A DNA stretch of 64,000 nt from Actinomycetes bacterium (GTDB lineage Bacteria; Actinomycetota; Aquicultoria; UBA3085; Oleimmundimicrobiaceae): positions 1,603 through 65,602 of the forward strand of contig JAUWKI010000001.1 of NCBI GenBank assembly GCA_030614255.1. The letters run 5' to 3'. Below the pieces are notes generated by a model that worked only from the letters and a program-made list of their open reading frames with translations, made no database searches and was not told the origin of the DNA. Position 1 is the stretch's first letter. Each line of letters starts with the position of its first letter. This document shows positions 10,185-19,731 of the stretch, in pieces. The position numbers and the translations under genes are program-made.

Positions 10185-10778
10185 ATGCGTGTAATCACAG
10201 GTACTGCTAAAGGTCAAAAATTAATATCGCCGATAGGACTAAGTACAAGGCCTACATCTGATAGGGTGAAAGAGGCACTTTTTAACATAATTTCAAACAG
10301 GGTTTTGGAAGCGAGAGTCCTTGATTTATATGCTGGTTCGGGAGCATTGGGAATTGAAGCTTTGAGCAGAGGGGCAAAAAGAACTGTGTTTGTAGACAGT
10401 AGTGCCAAAGCAGTCGATACAATTCGTAAAAATCTTAGTAAGACCTCTCTATCCAAAAGAGCGACGACATTGAAGATGACCACGCAAATTTTTTTGAAAG
10501 ACTTTGTTAATCAGAGTGAGCAATTTGACCTAATTTTTTTAGATCCTCCTTATAAAATTGATTCCATTATGCTAAACTCCATATTTAAAGAGCTTGTTTC
10601 GAACAACGTTATAAGTGATGATGGATTAATTATTTTGGAGCACTCCTCAAAAAGAGCTCCTGTTAGTTTGAAAGAAAAGTTAAATTTTAAATTTACTCGT
10701 AAGTACGGAGATATATCCTTAAGTTTTTATGGATTAACTCGAAAGGAGCAAAATGAAGATTGCTGTTTGCCCAGGTAG
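10185..10778 (+). CDS. rsmD: 16S rRNA m2G966 methyltransferase RsmD
   Basis: LDLYAGSGALGIEALSRGA SAM-binding loop and DPPY catalytic motif. Confidence 0.8.
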   Translation: MRVITGTAKGQKLISPIGLSTRPTSDRVKEALFNIISNRVLEARVLDLYAGSGALGIEALSRGAKRTVFVDSSAKAVDTIRKNLSKTSLSKRATTLKMTTQIFLKDFVNQSEQFDLIFLDPPYKIDSIMLNSIFKELVSNNVISDDGLIILEHSSKRAPVSLKEKLNFKFTRKYGDISLSFYGLTRKEQNEDCCLPR

Positions 10779-11241
10779 TTTTGATCCAGTAACGAGCGGG
10801 CATCTTGATGTCATTGAAAGAGGAGCTCGCCTTTTCGGAAAAGTTGTGGTTGGTGTTTTTGAGAAAACCGGGAAAACTCCTCTCTTTTCTTTAAATAAGA
10901 GAGTTAATTTTATCGAATCAGCCATAAAAGAAAATTTATGTTTAAATAATGTTGAAGTTGAATCGTTCAATACGCTTTTGATTGATTTTGCACACAAGCA
11001 TGGGGCTTGTGCAATAATAAAAGGGCTAAGAGCGGTTTCTGATTTCGAGCATGAATTCCAAATGGCTCAATTTAATCGTAAATTAGACCCAAGTATTGAG
11101 ACGATATTTATGATGGCGAGTTCGCAGTATGCTTATCTAAGTTCAAGCGCAGTTAAAGAAATTGCAAAGTTTGGTGGACGTATAGAAGGACTTGTTACAC
11201 CAGAAGTCGAAAAAGGATTGAGAAAAGTTTTTGAGCTCTAA
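10753..11241 (+). CDS. coaD: phosphopantetheine adenylyltransferase CoaD
   Basis: AVCPGSFDPVTSGHLDV (T/HxGH nucleotidyltransferase motif); 162 aa. Confidence 0.9.
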   Translation: MKIAVCPGSFDPVTSGHLDVIERGARLFGKVVVGVFEKTGKTPLFSLNKRVNFIESAIKENLCLNNVEVESFNTLLIDFAHKHGACAIIKGLRAVSDFEHEFQMAQFNRKLDPSIETIFMMASSQYAYLSSSAVKEIAKFGGRIEGLVTPEVEKGLRKVFEL

Positions 11242-11257
11242 AAAGGGAGGATTTTGA

Positions 11258-11716
11258 ATGGATATAATGAATTTGATTGACAAAATAGAAGACGTTATTG
11301 CTACTGCACGGAGAGTCCCTTTGAGTAATTCAGTAATGATAAACGAACAGAAAATATTTGAAACTATAGATGAGATGCGTGCTTCTATTCCAGACGAGCT
11401 GAAACAAGCAAGGTGGATTGTCAAAGAGAGACAAGAGATGTTGGCTGAGGCCGAAAAGGAAGCGAGCGCTACAATTGAAGAAGCTCGTAAAAATGCCGAA
11501 CAAATCGCTTCAGAACAAGAAATAGTAAAAATGGCTGAGTCGCAGGCCGACAAAATTCTTTTTGACGCGAAAGAGAAGGAAAGAGAGATTCGCTTAGGGG
11601 CGGAGGACTATGCCGATGAGATGCTTGCTAACCTTGAAGTTAACTTAGGCAAACTTCTTGCTGCAGTTCAGAGGGGAAGAGATAGATTACAGGGTAAAAT
11701 TCAGCCTAAATCCTAA
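11258..11716 (+). CDS. hypothetical coiled-coil protein (charged, Glu/Ala/Lys-rich; ATPase b/G-subunit-like composition)
   Basis: 152-aa ORF with RBS aaagggagg upstream; highly charged heptad-like sequence; no recognisable catalytic motif. Confidence 0.5.
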   Translation: MDIMNLIDKIEDVIATARRVPLSNSVMINEQKIFETIDEMRASIPDELKQARWIVKERQEMLAEAEKEASATIEEARKNAEQIASEQEIVKMAESQADKILFDAKEKEREIRLGAEDYADEMLANLEVNLGKLLAAVQRGRDRLQGKIQPKS

Positions 11717-11742
11717 ATTTTGTGGCTATGATTTGGAATTGA

Positions 11743-11776
11743 AAAGTTCTTGTAAATTTACAAGAACTTTTTTTAT
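11743..11776 (+). terminator. rho-independent terminator (perfect 28-nt palindrome + T-run)
   Basis: aaagttcttgtaaa/tttacaagaacttt perfect inverted repeat followed by ttttt, immediately downstream of the 11258..11716 ORF. Confidence 0.6.
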
Positions 11777-12350
11777 GGATGAGTATGATTATGTTAAAAT
11801 AACTAAGTTAAATTTGAGAATGGATATGAGCCCTTTAATTATTGATGTATCTGATATTTTAAAAGTTACGAGCACCAAAAAAGAGTTTAAATTTGATTGT
11901 GAATTTAAACCATTTTGTACTAAGAATAAATTGGATTTTATTAGTCCGGTAAGTTTTGATTTTTTTATTGAAAATGTTGGCTTAGAACTGTTAGTTAAGG
12001 GAAATATCAAAGGACGGTTGAGACTTGTGTGCAACCGCTGTTTGTCAGGATTCGAAGCTGAGGTAAAGACAGAAATCGATGAGGTTTTTCTGCCCGTGGA
12101 GGGCGAGCTTGACGCCGAGGAAACTTTTAAAATTATAGATAATAAAATTGATTTACGAGTCGCTGTTGAACAAGCTTTTTTACTTGAGTTGCCAATGAAG
12201 TTAATTTGCAAAAAGGGTTGCAAAGGGCTTTGCTCTAAATGTGGGCAAAATTTGAATTTAGCTCAATGTAATTGTCTGGATGAAAAGATTGATGTAAGGT
12301 TATTAAAACTAAAGAAGCTTAAAGAAGAATTCGAAAAAAAGAGGAGTTAA
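11775..12350 (+). CDS. yceD: YceD/DUF177 family protein (23S rRNA accumulation protein); start ambiguous (ATG 11775 or ATG 11820)
   Basis: C-terminal paired CxxC motifs (CNRCLSGF ... CSKCGQNL ... CNC); conserved position upstream of rpmF-plsX. Confidence 0.7.
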   Translation: MDEYDYVKITKLNLRMDMSPLIIDVSDILKVTSTKKEFKFDCEFKPFCTKNKLDFISPVSFDFFIENVGLELLVKGNIKGRLRLVCNRCLSGFEAEVKTEIDEVFLPVEGELDAEETFKIIDNKIDLRVAVEQAFLLELPMKLICKKGCKGLCSKCGQNLNLAQCNCLDEKIDVRLLKLKKLKEEFEKKRS

Positions 12351-12366
12351 GGAGGAGGTTTTTTAA

Positions 12367-12546
12367 TTGGCTGTTCCAAAGAGAAGAAAGTCTAGGGCAA
12401 AGCGTGATTCTAGACGAGCTAATCATAAAAAAGTTAAATTGGTTATGACAACTGAGTGTCCTCAATGTCATCAGCCCAAGTTACCGCATTATGTTTGTCC
12501 AGAGTGTGGTTATTATGATGGCAAACAAGTTTTGGAGGTTAAGTAG
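12367..12546 (+). CDS. rpmF: 50S ribosomal protein L32
   Basis: TTG-initiated 59-aa ORF (below the ORF-track cutoff): AVPKRRKSRAKRD...CPQCHQPKLPHYVCPECGYY zinc ribbon; RBS aaggaggagg upstream. Confidence 0.85.
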   Translation: MAVPKRRKSRAKRDSRRANHKKVKLVMTTECPQCHQPKLPHYVCPECGYYDGKQVLEVK

Positions 12547-12550
12547 ATAG

Positions 12551-13540
12551 GTGGCTTGCTCTCCAATTACTATTGCAGTTGATGCTATGGGAGGAGATTT
12601 TGCCCCCATAGAAATAGTGAAGGGTTCCCATCTTGCAGCTCAAGAGATGGGAATCAATATATTATTAGTTGGTTTAGAGGGTCAAATAAAAAGTGAATTA
12701 AGTAAATTAAGCCCCTGCAAAAATATACATATTGTGCATGCTCCAGACGTAATAGAGATGGGAGAACATGCTGCCCGAGCCGTAAAATCCAAACCCAATT
12801 CGTCAATTTCGATCGCTGCCCAACTTGTAAAACAAAATGAAGCTAATGCCATGGTGTCAGTTGGCAACACAGGTGCAGCAATGAGCGCCGCCTTTTTAAA
12901 AATTGGAAGGATTGAGGGTATTGCTAGACCTGCAATCGCCGTTGTTATTCCAACCTCAAACAGACCGGTTGTTCTTTTAGACGTAGGGGCAAACACTGAA
13001 TGCAAACCAGAGAACATATTTCAGTTTGCGGTGATGGGGAAGATTTATGCGTCAAAAGTTGTCGGAGTTGATGAGCCCACAATTGGCTTATTGAATGTTG
13101 GAAGGGAATGCGAAAAAGGAAACGAATTTCTTCGAAAATCCTATGATCTTTTGCGATCCGCTGAAGGATTTATAGGGAACGTTGAAGGAAATGATATTCC
13201 TGAAGGAAGAGCCGATGTAATTGTATGCGATGGATTTGCTGGAAATGTGGCGCTGAAATTGATGGAGGGTTTTGCCTCTGTGCTTTTTTCTGAAATAAAA
13301 ATGGCGGCTAAATCATCTTTTTTTGGTAGAATTGGTGGGTTATTACTTGTACCCTCTCTCCAGACATTAAAAAGCAAATTGGACCACGAGAAGTATGGTG
13401 GGGCCTGCCTCTTAGGTATCGATGGGGTCTGTATTGTCGGGCATGGAAAATCTAATGCAAAAGCGGTTAAAAACGCAATTATAGCTGCCGAACAAGCTGT
13501 TTTGGAAGATATTGTTTCTGAAATAAAAAAGGGTATTTAG
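12551..13540 (+). CDS. plsX: phosphate acyltransferase PlsX
   Basis: 329 aa; ITIAVDAMGGDFAP N-terminus typical of PlsX; followed by fabH. Confidence 0.9.
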   Translation: MACSPITIAVDAMGGDFAPIEIVKGSHLAAQEMGINILLVGLEGQIKSELSKLSPCKNIHIVHAPDVIEMGEHAARAVKSKPNSSISIAAQLVKQNEANAMVSVGNTGAAMSAAFLKIGRIEGIARPAIAVVIPTSNRPVVLLDVGANTECKPENIFQFAVMGKIYASKVVGVDEPTIGLLNVGRECEKGNEFLRKSYDLLRSAEGFIGNVEGNDIPEGRADVIVCDGFAGNVALKLMEGFASVLFSEIKMAAKSSFFGRIGGLLLVPSLQTLKSKLDHEKYGGACLLGIDGVCIVGHGKSNAKAVKNAIIAAEQAVLEDIVSEIKKGI

Positions 13541-13563
13541 GAGGAAATATTTTAGAAGGAAAA

Positions 13564-14562
13564 GTGTCTGTCGGAATAGTTGGAGTAGGTTCTTATTTAC
13601 CTCATAAAATACTTACCAATTTCGATTTAGAAAAGATGGTAGATACGAGTAACGAATGGATTCGAACTCGCACCGGTATTTCAGAACGAAGAATCGTAGA
13701 TGACGATGTCAATATTTCTGATATAGCTGTTGAAGCGGCTAAAAAAGCTCTCTTAAATGCTGGTCTTGAGATCAAGGATATTGATTTGATAATTTTGGCA
13801 ACTTGCTCGCCTGAGATGGTGATGCCTTCAACATCGTGTCTCGTTCAAAAAAAGTTGGGGGCAAAAACTATCCCAGCTTTCGATATGCTTGCTGGCTGCA
13901 CAGGCTTGATATATGCAATTACCACCGGGGCTCAATTTATAGAAACAGGTATGTATAAAAAAGTTCTGGTTATTGGAGCTGACGCTCTTTCGAGGCATCT
14001 AGACTGGACCGATCGTGCAACATGTGTATTATTTGGTGATGGCGCTGGAGCGGTAGTGCTGGGCGAAGTTGAGGATGGATATGGTATTCTGTCAAATTAT
14101 TTGGCGGCAACCGGAGCAGGGGCTGAGCTCTTGAGAATTCCGGCGGGTGGATCAGGAATGCCTGCGACAGAAGAGTCATTTGAAAAAAAGCTCCATTGTA
14201 TTCAAATGAGTGGCGGGGAAGTTTTTAAATTTGCTAGTAGAGCTTTACCTCAGGCCACAAAGGCCGTACTAAAAAGGGCGAATTTAACGTTAGCGGATGT
14301 AAAATATATAATTCCTCATCAAGCAAACATTAGGATTTTAGAAACAGCTGCTAAGAAGCTTGGGGTTGATTTCAATAAGCTCATCAAAAATATTGACAAG
14401 TACGGAAACACGTCAACAGCTTCTATAGCAATTGCTCTGGATGAGCTTCAGAGGGCAAACAAGATACATGAGGGAGACATCTTGCTTCTGGTTGGCTTTG
14501 GCGCAGGATTAACCTGGGGAGCCAATGTGATTAAATGGGGCGGAAACAAAAAAAACAGATGA
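13564..14562 (+). CDS. fabH: 3-oxoacyl-ACP synthase III FabH
   Basis: Active-site Cys in LAGCTGLIYA; His/Asn in IPHQANIRIL; 332 aa. Confidence 0.9.
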   Translation: MSVGIVGVGSYLPHKILTNFDLEKMVDTSNEWIRTRTGISERRIVDDDVNISDIAVEAAKKALLNAGLEIKDIDLIILATCSPEMVMPSTSCLVQKKLGAKTIPAFDMLAGCTGLIYAITTGAQFIETGMYKKVLVIGADALSRHLDWTDRATCVLFGDGAGAVVLGEVEDGYGILSNYLAATGAGAELLRIPAGGSGMPATEESFEKKLHCIQMSGGEVFKFASRALPQATKAVLKRANLTLADVKYIIPHQANIRILETAAKKLGVDFNKLIKNIDKYGNTSTASIAIALDELQRANKIHEGDILLLVGFGAGLTWGANVIKWGGNKKNR

Positions 14563-14572
14563 TGGCAAAGGG

Positions 14573-15739
14573 GTGGCCAGTGTGGACTATTTTCTAACAG
14601 AAGAACAACAAATGATAAAGGATCTAGCAAAAAAAATAGCTAATGAAAAAGTAATTCCCGTAAGGGCTAGACTGGACGAAGAAGAAGAATTTCCTTGGGC
14701 TATTATGAAAGATTTGGCTCAGGCGGATTTACTTGGTCTTTATATACCGGAGGAATATGGAGGTGTCGATTTCGGCTGTTTTGAAACGATACTCGTGGTT
14801 GAAGAGCTGAGTAGAGCGTGTTGTGGCGTGTCGGTAAGTTATGCCGCAAGTGCCCTCGGGGCATATCCTATCCTTTTATTCGGTTCAGAAGAGCAGAAGA
14901 AAAAGTATCTACCTGACATAGCTTCCGGTAAGAAGCTCGGGGCCTTTGGTCTAACGGAAGCCAATGCGGGGAGTGATGCTTCTGCAATTCAGACAAGAGC
15001 CGAAAAAGATGGAGATTTTTACATCCTCAACGGAACCAAACAATGGATAACAAATGGCGGCGAAGCAGAAATCTACACAATAATTGCCATGACAAATAAG
15101 GACAAAGGAAGTCGGGGAGCCACTGCTTTTATTGTTGAAAAAGGAACGCCGGGTTTCTCGTTCGGGAAAAAAGAGAAAAAGCTTGGTATACGATGCTCCA
15201 CAACAAGAGAGCTGATTTTCGAAAATTGTCGAATACCCAAGGAAAACATTTTAGGAAAAGAAGGGATGGGCTTTATAGTTGCCATGAGAACTTTGGATAT
15301 GACTCGTCCGGGAATTGGGGCTCAAGGTGTTGGGGTTGCTCAAGGAGCTTTCGATGCAGCTCTGGATTATTCGTGTCAGAGGATACAGTTTGACCAACCG
15401 ATATCTTCGTTTCAAATAATACAGCACATGCTTGCAGATATGGCCATTCAGATTGAAGCCGCTCGTGCACTAGTTTACGCGACTGCAAAGATGATTGATG
15501 GTGGAGCTAAGAATTTTTCGAAAGAATCCGCAATGGCTAAAACCTTTGCCTCTGATATGGCGATGGAAGTTACTATCAACGCTGTTCAGGTGATGGGTGG
15601 TTGTGGCTATATGCGTGAGTATCCAGTCGAGAAAATGATGAGGGATGCAAAGATTATTCAAATTTACGAGGGGACGAATCAGGTTCAGAGAAATGTGATT
15701 GCTCTTCAGTTAATCAAGGAGAATATGGGCAAAAAATAG
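14573..15739 (+). CDS. butyryl-CoA-dehydrogenase-like acyl-CoA dehydrogenase (start may be GTG 14582)
   Basis: ACAD fold with catalytic Glu in YEGTNQVQ; FLTEEQQ N-terminus; followed by etfB/etfA. Confidence 0.85.
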   Translation: MASVDYFLTEEQQMIKDLAKKIANEKVIPVRARLDEEEEFPWAIMKDLAQADLLGLYIPEEYGGVDFGCFETILVVEELSRACCGVSVSYAASALGAYPILLFGSEEQKKKYLPDIASGKKLGAFGLTEANAGSDASAIQTRAEKDGDFYILNGTKQWITNGGEAEIYTIIAMTNKDKGSRGATAFIVEKGTPGFSFGKKEKKLGIRCSTTRELIFENCRIPKENILGKEGMGFIVAMRTLDMTRPGIGAQGVGVAQGAFDAALDYSCQRIQFDQPISSFQIIQHMLADMAIQIEAARALVYATAKMIDGGAKNFSKESAMAKTFASDMAMEVTINAVQVMGGCGYMREYPVEKMMRDAKIIQIYEGTNQVQRNVIALQLIKENMGKK

Positions 15740-15756
15740 ATATTTGGAGGACGATT

Positions 15757-16542
15757 TTGAATATTATTGTTTGCATAAAACAAGTTCCTGATACAACCAA
15801 GGTAAAAATAGACCCGGAAACCAACACGTTAGTAAGAGAAGGGGTAGAGAGCATAATCAACCCGTTCGATATATATGCGTTGGAGGAAGCGATTAGATTA
15901 AAGGAGAAAATTGGTGGAAACGTTACTGTGCTGACCATGGGTCCCCCTCAAGCTGCGGAAGTATTAAGAGAGGCGATTGCGATGGGCGCAGACGATGTTT
16001 ATTTACTATCGGATAAAGCTTTTGCTGGTGCTGATACCCTTGCAACTTCTTATACCCTATCGAAAGGTATCGAAAAAGTAGGGCAGTTCGATCTCATAAT
16101 TTGTGGGAAACAGACGATGGATGGAGACACGGCACAAGTGGGACCCGAAATTGCTCAGAAATTAGGAATACCGGTTGTTACGTACGTGAGCAAAATTGAA
16201 GACATAGAAAATGGTCAAATCAAACTTAAGCGAATGGTAGAAGATGGTTATGAGGTAATCGAAACGGAAACACCTTTGTTAATGACGGTCATAAAGGAGA
16301 TAAATGAACCCAGGGTGCCATCTCTTCGGGGGATAATGAAGGCAAAAAAAATAGAGATACCGATCTGGGATGCAAGCGATATTGGAGCAGAAGGTGAGAA
16401 AATTGGTCTTTCCGGCTCTCCAACCCAAGTTGTTCGAATTTTTGCTCCGGAGGTTTCCAAAGAGGGCGAGATTTTAGAGGGAGAACCAACGGAAATTGCC
16501 GAAAAGCTTATTTTGAAGCTAAAAAAAGGAAAGGTTATCTAA
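15757..16542 (+). CDS. etfB: electron transfer flavoprotein beta subunit EtfB
   Basis: NIIVCIKQVPDT N-terminus and the 261-aa EtfB pattern. Confidence 0.85.
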   Translation: MNIIVCIKQVPDTTKVKIDPETNTLVREGVESIINPFDIYALEEAIRLKEKIGGNVTVLTMGPPQAAEVLREAIAMGADDVYLLSDKAFAGADTLATSYTLSKGIEKVGQFDLIICGKQTMDGDTAQVGPEIAQKLGIPVVTYVSKIEDIENGQIKLKRMVEDGYEVIETETPLLMTVIKEINEPRVPSLRGIMKAKKIEIPIWDASDIGAEGEKIGLSGSPTQVVRIFAPEVSKEGEILEGEPTEIAEKLILKLKKGKVI

Positions 16543-16582
16543 GTAGTTTTTGAGCTAGAATCTTACTTACCAGGAGGAGTTT

Positions 16583-17773
16583 TTGAGCATTAAAATTGAT
16601 TTAAGTAAATGCACGGGTTGTAAGCTCTGCGTAAAAGCTTGCATATATAGTGCGATTGATGTTGTTGAAAAGAAAGCATATATAAACAACAACTGCACTT
16701 TATGTGGCGCGTGTGTCTCAGCTTGTAAATATGAAGCCATTTCTATCTCAAAGAAAAAGAAAACTGCTTTCGACGAGGGTGATTATGAGGGCGTCTGGGT
16801 TTTTGCTGAGCAAAAGCAAGGCAAATTAGCAGGGGTAGCTTCTGAACTTCTCGGTGAAGGGAGAAGATTGGCCGATGAATTAGGAGTTAAACTCTCTGCC
16901 ATCTTGCTTGGAGAAAAAATTAACGGCTTAGGCAAAGAGCTTATATTCTATGGAGCAGATAAGGTTTACATTGTTGATAGTCCAATCCTGAAAGATCGTC
17001 TCGATGAGACCCATGCAGATGTTCTTGTCCAACTAATTCGCGAGCATAAACCAGAAATTTTTTTGGCTGGGGCGACTTCTTTTGGACGTTCATTGATTCC
17101 CAGGGTCGCGGCAACTTTGGAGACGGGACTTACTGCTGATTGCACAGGTCTTGCTATCGACAAGGAAAACAAATTTTTATTACAAACTCGCCCGGCATTT
17201 GGTGGAAATATCATGGCTACCATAATCTGTCCAAACAAGAGGCCGCAAATGGCCACAGTCAGACCCAAAGTGATGAAACGTGCCCAAAGAGACGATACGA
17301 GAAGTGGTGAAATAATCGAGGAGACGATATTGAATCCCATTTCTTCAAGAGTAAAATTGTTGGGCTTTATTGAAGAGCTGAGCGATAAAGTAAATTTGGA
17401 AGAAGCGGAAATTATTGTCGCGGGCGGAAGAGGATTAGGCAAAGCTGACAATTTTAAACTTATTCACGAGATGGCCTCAATTTTAGGAGCAGCCGTAGGT
17501 GCTTCAAGGGCGGCGGTTGATGCCGAATGGATATCCTATGCTCACCAGGTTGGACAAACCGGCAAGACCGTCTGTCCAAAACTATATATTGCTTGTGGGA
17601 TTTCCGGAGCCGTTCAACACCTTGCCGGGATGCAAACTTCTGATTATATTGTCGCCATAAATAAGGATCCGGACGCTCCGATTTTTGATGTTGCCAACTA
17701 TGGTATAGTTGGGGACTTGTTTGAAATAATTCCGGTCATCACAACCAAATTGAAAGAGATTAATGGAGGTTGA
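16583..17773 (+). CDS. etfA: electron transfer flavoprotein alpha subunit EtfA with N-terminal 2x[4Fe-4S] ferredoxin domain
   Basis: CTGCKLCVKAC and CTLCGACVSAC cluster motifs in the first 60 aa, then a canonical EtfA FAD domain. Confidence 0.85.
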   Translation: MSIKIDLSKCTGCKLCVKACIYSAIDVVEKKAYINNNCTLCGACVSACKYEAISISKKKKTAFDEGDYEGVWVFAEQKQGKLAGVASELLGEGRRLADELGVKLSAILLGEKINGLGKELIFYGADKVYIVDSPILKDRLDETHADVLVQLIREHKPEIFLAGATSFGRSLIPRVAATLETGLTADCTGLAIDKENKFLLQTRPAFGGNIMATIICPNKRPQMATVRPKVMKRAQRDDTRSGEIIEETILNPISSRVKLLGFIEELSDKVNLEEAEIIVAGGRGLGKADNFKLIHEMASILGAAVGASRAAVDAEWISYAHQVGQTGKTVCPKLYIACGISGAVQHLAGMQTSDYIVAINKDPDAPIFDVANYGIVGDLFEIIPVITTKLKEINGG

Positions 17774-17776
17774 TGA

Positions 17777-18721
17777 TTGAGTAAAAAAATTGCTTTTATC
17801 TTTCCAGGGCAAGGTTCTCAATATATAGGGATGGGAAAGGATTTAAAAGAGTCCATCAGTGAATTGGCCGATATCTTTAAGCAAGCCGACGAAGTCTTGA
17901 AAAAGAAGATATCAAATATTTGTTTTGAGGGCCCTGAGAGTGAGCTCGGCAAAACCATCAATACCCAACCTGCGATTTTTACAGTTAATCATGTTTGTTA
18001 TGTCGCATTAAAACTAAATGGAATAGAGCCGGATATAGTAGCCGGACACAGTTTGGGAGAGTATAATGCGCTTGTCGCGGCCGGTGTCTTTGATTTTGAA
18101 ACCGGGTTGTGTCTGGTTGCGAAAAGAGCTCAATTTATGGAGAAAGCGGCCTCGAGAAAGCTAGGCAAAATGGCTGCGATTATTGGATTAGATTCGAAAA
18201 TTGTTGAAAAAATAGTTGAGTCATTAAAAAAAAGAGGAGTAATTAATATAGCGAACTATAATTGTCCGGGACAACTTGTAATATCGGGAGAAAGTTCGCT
18301 TATCGAAGAGGCTGGTTGTCTCTTAAGACAGAGTGGAGCAAAAAGGGTAATTGAACTCCCGGTAAGCGGTGGATTCCACTCTAAATTAATGGATGAAGCA
18401 GAGCGTGAATTCTCTAAAGTCTTAAATGAGACGCCTTTTTCTAAGCCTGAATGTGGCATAATTTCAAATTACACGGCGAGATGTTCAATTAATCCAATGG
18501 ATTTAAAGATGGCTTTAAGACATCAAATTACCGGGTCAGTCCGTTGGGAGCAATCAATTAAAAAAATTCAATCGCTTGAAATTAATAAATTTATAGAAGT
18601 GGGTCCAAAAAAAATTTTAACGGGTCTAGTTGGCAGAATTACTCAAGCAATTTTATTTGATGTAAGCGATGTCGATACTTTAGAAAAAACCATTTTTGAA
18701 ATAGAAGGAGGTTTTGAATGA
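17777..18721 (+). CDS. fabD: malonyl-CoA:ACP transacylase FabD
   Basis: GHSLGEY active-site serine motif; AFIFPGQGSQ N-terminus. Confidence 0.9.
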   Translation: MSKKIAFIFPGQGSQYIGMGKDLKESISELADIFKQADEVLKKKISNICFEGPESELGKTINTQPAIFTVNHVCYVALKLNGIEPDIVAGHSLGEYNALVAAGVFDFETGLCLVAKRAQFMEKAASRKLGKMAAIIGLDSKIVEKIVESLKKRGVINIANYNCPGQLVISGESSLIEEAGCLLRQSGAKRVIELPVSGGFHSKLMDEAEREFSKVLNETPFSKPECGIISNYTARCSINPMDLKMALRHQITGSVRWEQSIKKIQSLEINKFIEVGPKKILTGLVGRITQAILFDVSDVDTLEKTIFEIEGGFE

Positions 18722-19461
18722 TATTTAAGGACAAAGTTGTTCTTGTTACGGGCAGCACAAGGGGAATTGGGAAAGAGATATGTTTGAAGTTTGCTGAGTT
18801 GGGAGCTGATATTGTTATAAACGATATCGGAAACGAGGATCAAGCAGAATTGCTAATTACCGAGATAAATGAATTTGGCGGAAAGGCAATTTTTGTCAAG
18901 GCCAATGTCGCGGTTTTTGACGAAGCATCTTCTCTAATCGAGCAGGCTATTGAAGAGATGGGCAAGATAGATATTTTGGTTAACAATGCGGGGATAACTC
19001 GCGATAATCTTTTAATTAGAATGAAAGAAGATGAATGGGATGCTGTGCTAAATGTTAACTTAAAAGGAACATTTAACTGCATGAAAGCAGTTTCGCGTCA
19101 CATGATGAAAAGGCGAGAGGGTGTAATGATTAATCTGGCGTCTGTTGTAGGGGTTATAGGCAACGCAGGACAATCAAATTACTCTGCTTCAAAAGCCGGG
19201 GTAATTGGCCTAACAAAAACTGTGGCAAAAGAGCTTGCGTCTCGCGGAATTAGAGTCAATGCTGTTGCGCCGGGATTTATTCAAACCGAAATGACTAAAA
19301 AGTTACCGGACGAGATAAGGGCTAAGGTGATAGACAACATTCCGCTTGCTGAATTCGGCACGTCGAGGGATGTGGCTAACCTGGTAGCATTTCTTGCATC
19401 AGAAGATGCTAAATATATTACTGGGCAGGTTGTAAATATAGACGGTGGAATGGTAATGTAA
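18718..19461 (+). CDS. fabG: 3-oxoacyl-ACP reductase FabG
   Basis: TGSTRGIG Rossmann motif; NNAGI; catalytic YSASKAG. Confidence 0.9.
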   Translation: MIFKDKVVLVTGSTRGIGKEICLKFAELGADIVINDIGNEDQAELLITEINEFGGKAIFVKANVAVFDEASSLIEQAIEEMGKIDILVNNAGITRDNLLIRMKEDEWDAVLNVNLKGTFNCMKAVSRHMMKRREGVMINLASVVGVIGNAGQSNYSASKAGVIGLTKTVAKELASRGIRVNAVAPGFIQTEMTKKLPDEIRAKVIDNIPLAEFGTSRDVANLVAFLASEDAKYITGQVVNIDGGMVM

Positions 19462-19494
19462 CTTATATTATCAAACTAAAGGGAGGAGATTTAC

Positions 19495-19731
19495 ATGTCG
19501 CAGGAAGTTTTTGACAAAGTTAAGGGAATTATTGTTGAGCAGTTGGGAGTCGATGAATCTGCTGTTAAAAATGAAACATCATTTACTGATGATCTGGGAG
19601 CGGATTCGCTGGACATTATTGAGCTGGTAATGGCTTTGGAAGAAGAGTTTGGTTTAGAAATATCCGACGAAGATGCAGAAAAAATAGCAACCGTTGACAA
19701 AGCAGTTGAATACATAGAAAACAACTCATAA
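19495..19731 (+). CDS. acpP: acyl carrier protein
   Basis: 78 aa; DLGADSLD phosphopantetheine-attachment serine motif. Confidence 0.9.
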   Translation: MSQEVFDKVKGIIVEQLGVDESAVKNETSFTDDLGADSLDIIELVMALEEEFGLEISDEDAEKIATVDKAVEYIENNS

